From positions 448,001-512,000 of the forward strand of contig CAWJAX010000002.1 of assembly GCA_963841015.1 (NCBI GenBank): 64,000 nucleotides of DNA, given 5' to 3'. Shown here piece after piece: positions 62,225 through 64,000 of the stretch. A model generated the notes under the pieces. It made no database searches. It worked only from the letters and a program-made list of their open reading frames with translations, and was not told the DNA's origin. Position numbers and translations under genes: made by a program. The DNA comes from an uncultured Methanoregulaceae archaeon (lineage in GTDB: Archaea > Halobacteriota > Methanomicrobia > Methanomicrobiales > Methanospirillaceae). The stretch's first letter is position 1. Each line of letters begins with the position of its first letter.

Positions 62225-64000
62225 ATGGCATCGCAATCCCTCAAATCAGATGCTGCTATAAATACCCCCGGCTCCATCCCCACGAGGTCAGGTATAAAAA
62301 TTGCCATTAATCAGGTTGAGTACACCAGGACTTCAGAAGGTCCGGTTATACACATTTTCGGGAGGGATATTCAAGGAAAATCGATTAAAATTGATGTTAC
62401 GGGATTCTGCCCTTATTTTTACGTACCAGCCAACCAGGCCGAGGCACTTCCTGCATCATCGCATTCAACCCTTGAACCTGGGACAAAATACGTATCGATC
62501 CGTGGCGAGCCCCTACGTAGATTGTATACACTGAACCCAGGAGATGTGCGTGAGGAACGTGAACGGTTTAAGCATTTCGAGGCAGACATACCTTTTGCTA
62601 CAAGGTTCATGATTGATACCGGTTTAACCGAAGGTGTTTCTGCCCCCTCGACAAAAGTAGACTATAGAGAACTTGAACCAACCGAAGTAGACGCCCCAGC
62701 CCGTTCATGTATCATTGATATCGAATGCGAGGATGAGCGGGGATTTCCGGATCCCCAGCGCGACGCAATTATTTCTATCACCGCATATGACTCATTTCCG
62801 AAAGATTACGTTACATTCCTCCTTGTCGGCGGAGGCATACCGTCGACAATTGCGGAACAGCAGGATGCTGGTGGTCTTGCAAACGGTTGCTTCCGAAAAG
62901 AGAAACACACGATTTGTCCCTTCGGGGACGAGACAGAGATGTTAAAGGCTTTTGCCAGGTACATCGCTGAACGTGATCCGGATGTTCTCTCTGGCTGGAA
63001 CTTTATTGAATTTGATATGCCTTATATCACCGGTCGGATGGAGCGACTCGGTCTTCGGTTGGATACACTTGCCCGGATTCAGGGACAGACCGAACGCAAT
63101 GCCTTACGAGGACGTGCTCTCTTCGATCTCCTTTCAGCATACAAGAAGATGCACTTAAGCCAGAAAGAGTCGTACCGCCTTGACGCGGTAGCTCTCGAAG
63201 AAGTTGGAGAGCAAAAGGTCAGGTACACCGGGACAATCTCGAACCTATGGAAGAATTCGCCAGCAAAACTTGTTGAATATAATTTCAAAGATGTCGAACT
63301 CTGTGTCAAGATCAATAAAAAAGACAATATCATCGAGTTCTATCGGGAGATAGCCCGGTACGTAGGCTGCCCATTGGATAAAACCCTCAATTCATCAAGT
63401 GTTGTTGATATCTTTGTTTTAAGGAAGGCATTCGGAAAATACGTTCTTCCTTCGAAAGGATTTGTTAATGCCGAAGAGTTCGAAGGTGCCACGGTCTTCG
63501 AACCGAGCAGGGGCGTGAGAGAGAACGTGGTGGTGCTGGACTTAAAATCCCTCTACCCAATGGCGATGATGACGATCAACGCGTCAATGGAAACCAAGGA
63601 TCCTGATGGCGAACTCAGAGCGCCGAATGGGATCCGCTTTAAGAAGAAGCCGGATGGACTGACGCGAACTATCATTTCGGAACTGCTCAAGGAGCGGGAT
63701 GAGAAGAAAGCACTTCGTAACACTTTTGAATTCGGCTCACCGCAGTATATCCTTTACGATATGCAGCAGAACGTACTGAAGGTTATAATGAATACCTACT
63801 ACGGCGTGAGCGGGTACCCGAGATTCCGGCTCTTCGACCGGGAGATCGGTTCTGCGGCAACTTCTGTCGGACGTGCGATCATCGAACACACCCGAAATGT
63901 GATCGAGAAAATGGACTTAAAAGTCAAAGTGATATACGGAGATACCGACTCCTGCATGGTGCAGTTGCCACCGCTTGATCGTGAGCAGACTATTGCAACT
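62225..64000 (+). CDS. polB: Family B DNA polymerase, truncated by the window edge (not in the ORF track)
   Basis: One open frame from ATG 62225: DIE and GWN...FD exonuclease motifs; DLKSLYP, K...NTYYG, YGDTDS. Confidence 0.97.
   Translation, partial: MASQSLKSDAAINTPGSIPTRSGIKIAINQVEYTRTSEGPVIHIFGRDIQGKSIKIDVTGFCPYFYVPANQAEALPASSHSTLEPGTKYVSIRGEPLRRLYTLNPGDVREERERFKHFEADIPFATRFMIDTGLTEGVSAPSTKVDYRELEPTEVDAPARSCIIDIECEDERGFPDPQRDAIISITAYDSFPKDYVTFLLVGGGIPSTIAEQQDAGGLANGCFRKEKHTICPFGDETEMLKAFARYIAERDPDVLSGWNFIEFDMPYITGRMERLGLRLDTLARIQGQTERNALRGRALFDLLSAYKKMHLSQKESYRLDAVALEEVGEQKVRYTGTISNLWKNSPAKLVEYNFKDVELCVKINKKDNIIEFYREIARYVGCPLDKTLNSSSVVDIFVLRKAFGKYVLPSKGFVNAEEFEGATVFEPSRGVRENVVVLDLKSLYPMAMMTINASMETKDPDGELRAPNGIRFKKKPDGLTRTIISELLKERDEKKALRNTFEFGSPQYILYDMQQNVLKVIMNTYYGVSGYPRFRLFDREIGSAATSVGRAIIEHTRNVIEKMDLKVKVIYGDTDSCMVQLPPLDREQTIAT

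Overview
Chromosomal segment of a methanogenic archaeon, most like Methanomicrobiales/Methanoregula (inferred from gene content, GGAGGT/AGGTGA Shine-Dalgarno sites, TATA promoters and an archaeal family-B DNA polymerase). No rRNA, tRNA, CRISPR array or transposase was found. The left half is mixed accessory content: HEAT and TPR proteins, a PAS kinase and receiver, SixA, a membrane-bound Schlafen/AlbA_2 protein, an ABC exporter and a radical SAM enzyme. The right half (about 32-59 kb) is a stress island. It holds rubredoxin-fused enzymes, an old-yellow enzyme, a kaiC-kaiB-kaiB-(11-PAS kinase)-(REC/MEDS-like/PadR regulator) operon, grpE-dnaK-dnaJ, Hsp20s, SOD and a ferritin-like cargo plus encapsulin. 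The best candidate for a new system is a KaiA-less KaiBC timer or sensor wired to a stress regulon. A 27-bp direct-repeat box (TTGTTTCAAAAT-TTGTTTCAAAAT-CTG) lies exactly 15 nt upstream of the TATA octamer at three island promoters, with weaker copies in the same position at four more, including kaiC itself. A second signal is a modular, hairpin-rich intergenic repeat family (9 copies) with a compensatory base change. About 13 single-base frameshifts in otherwise intact genes probably reflect consensus errors. All calls are by eye; no searches were run.
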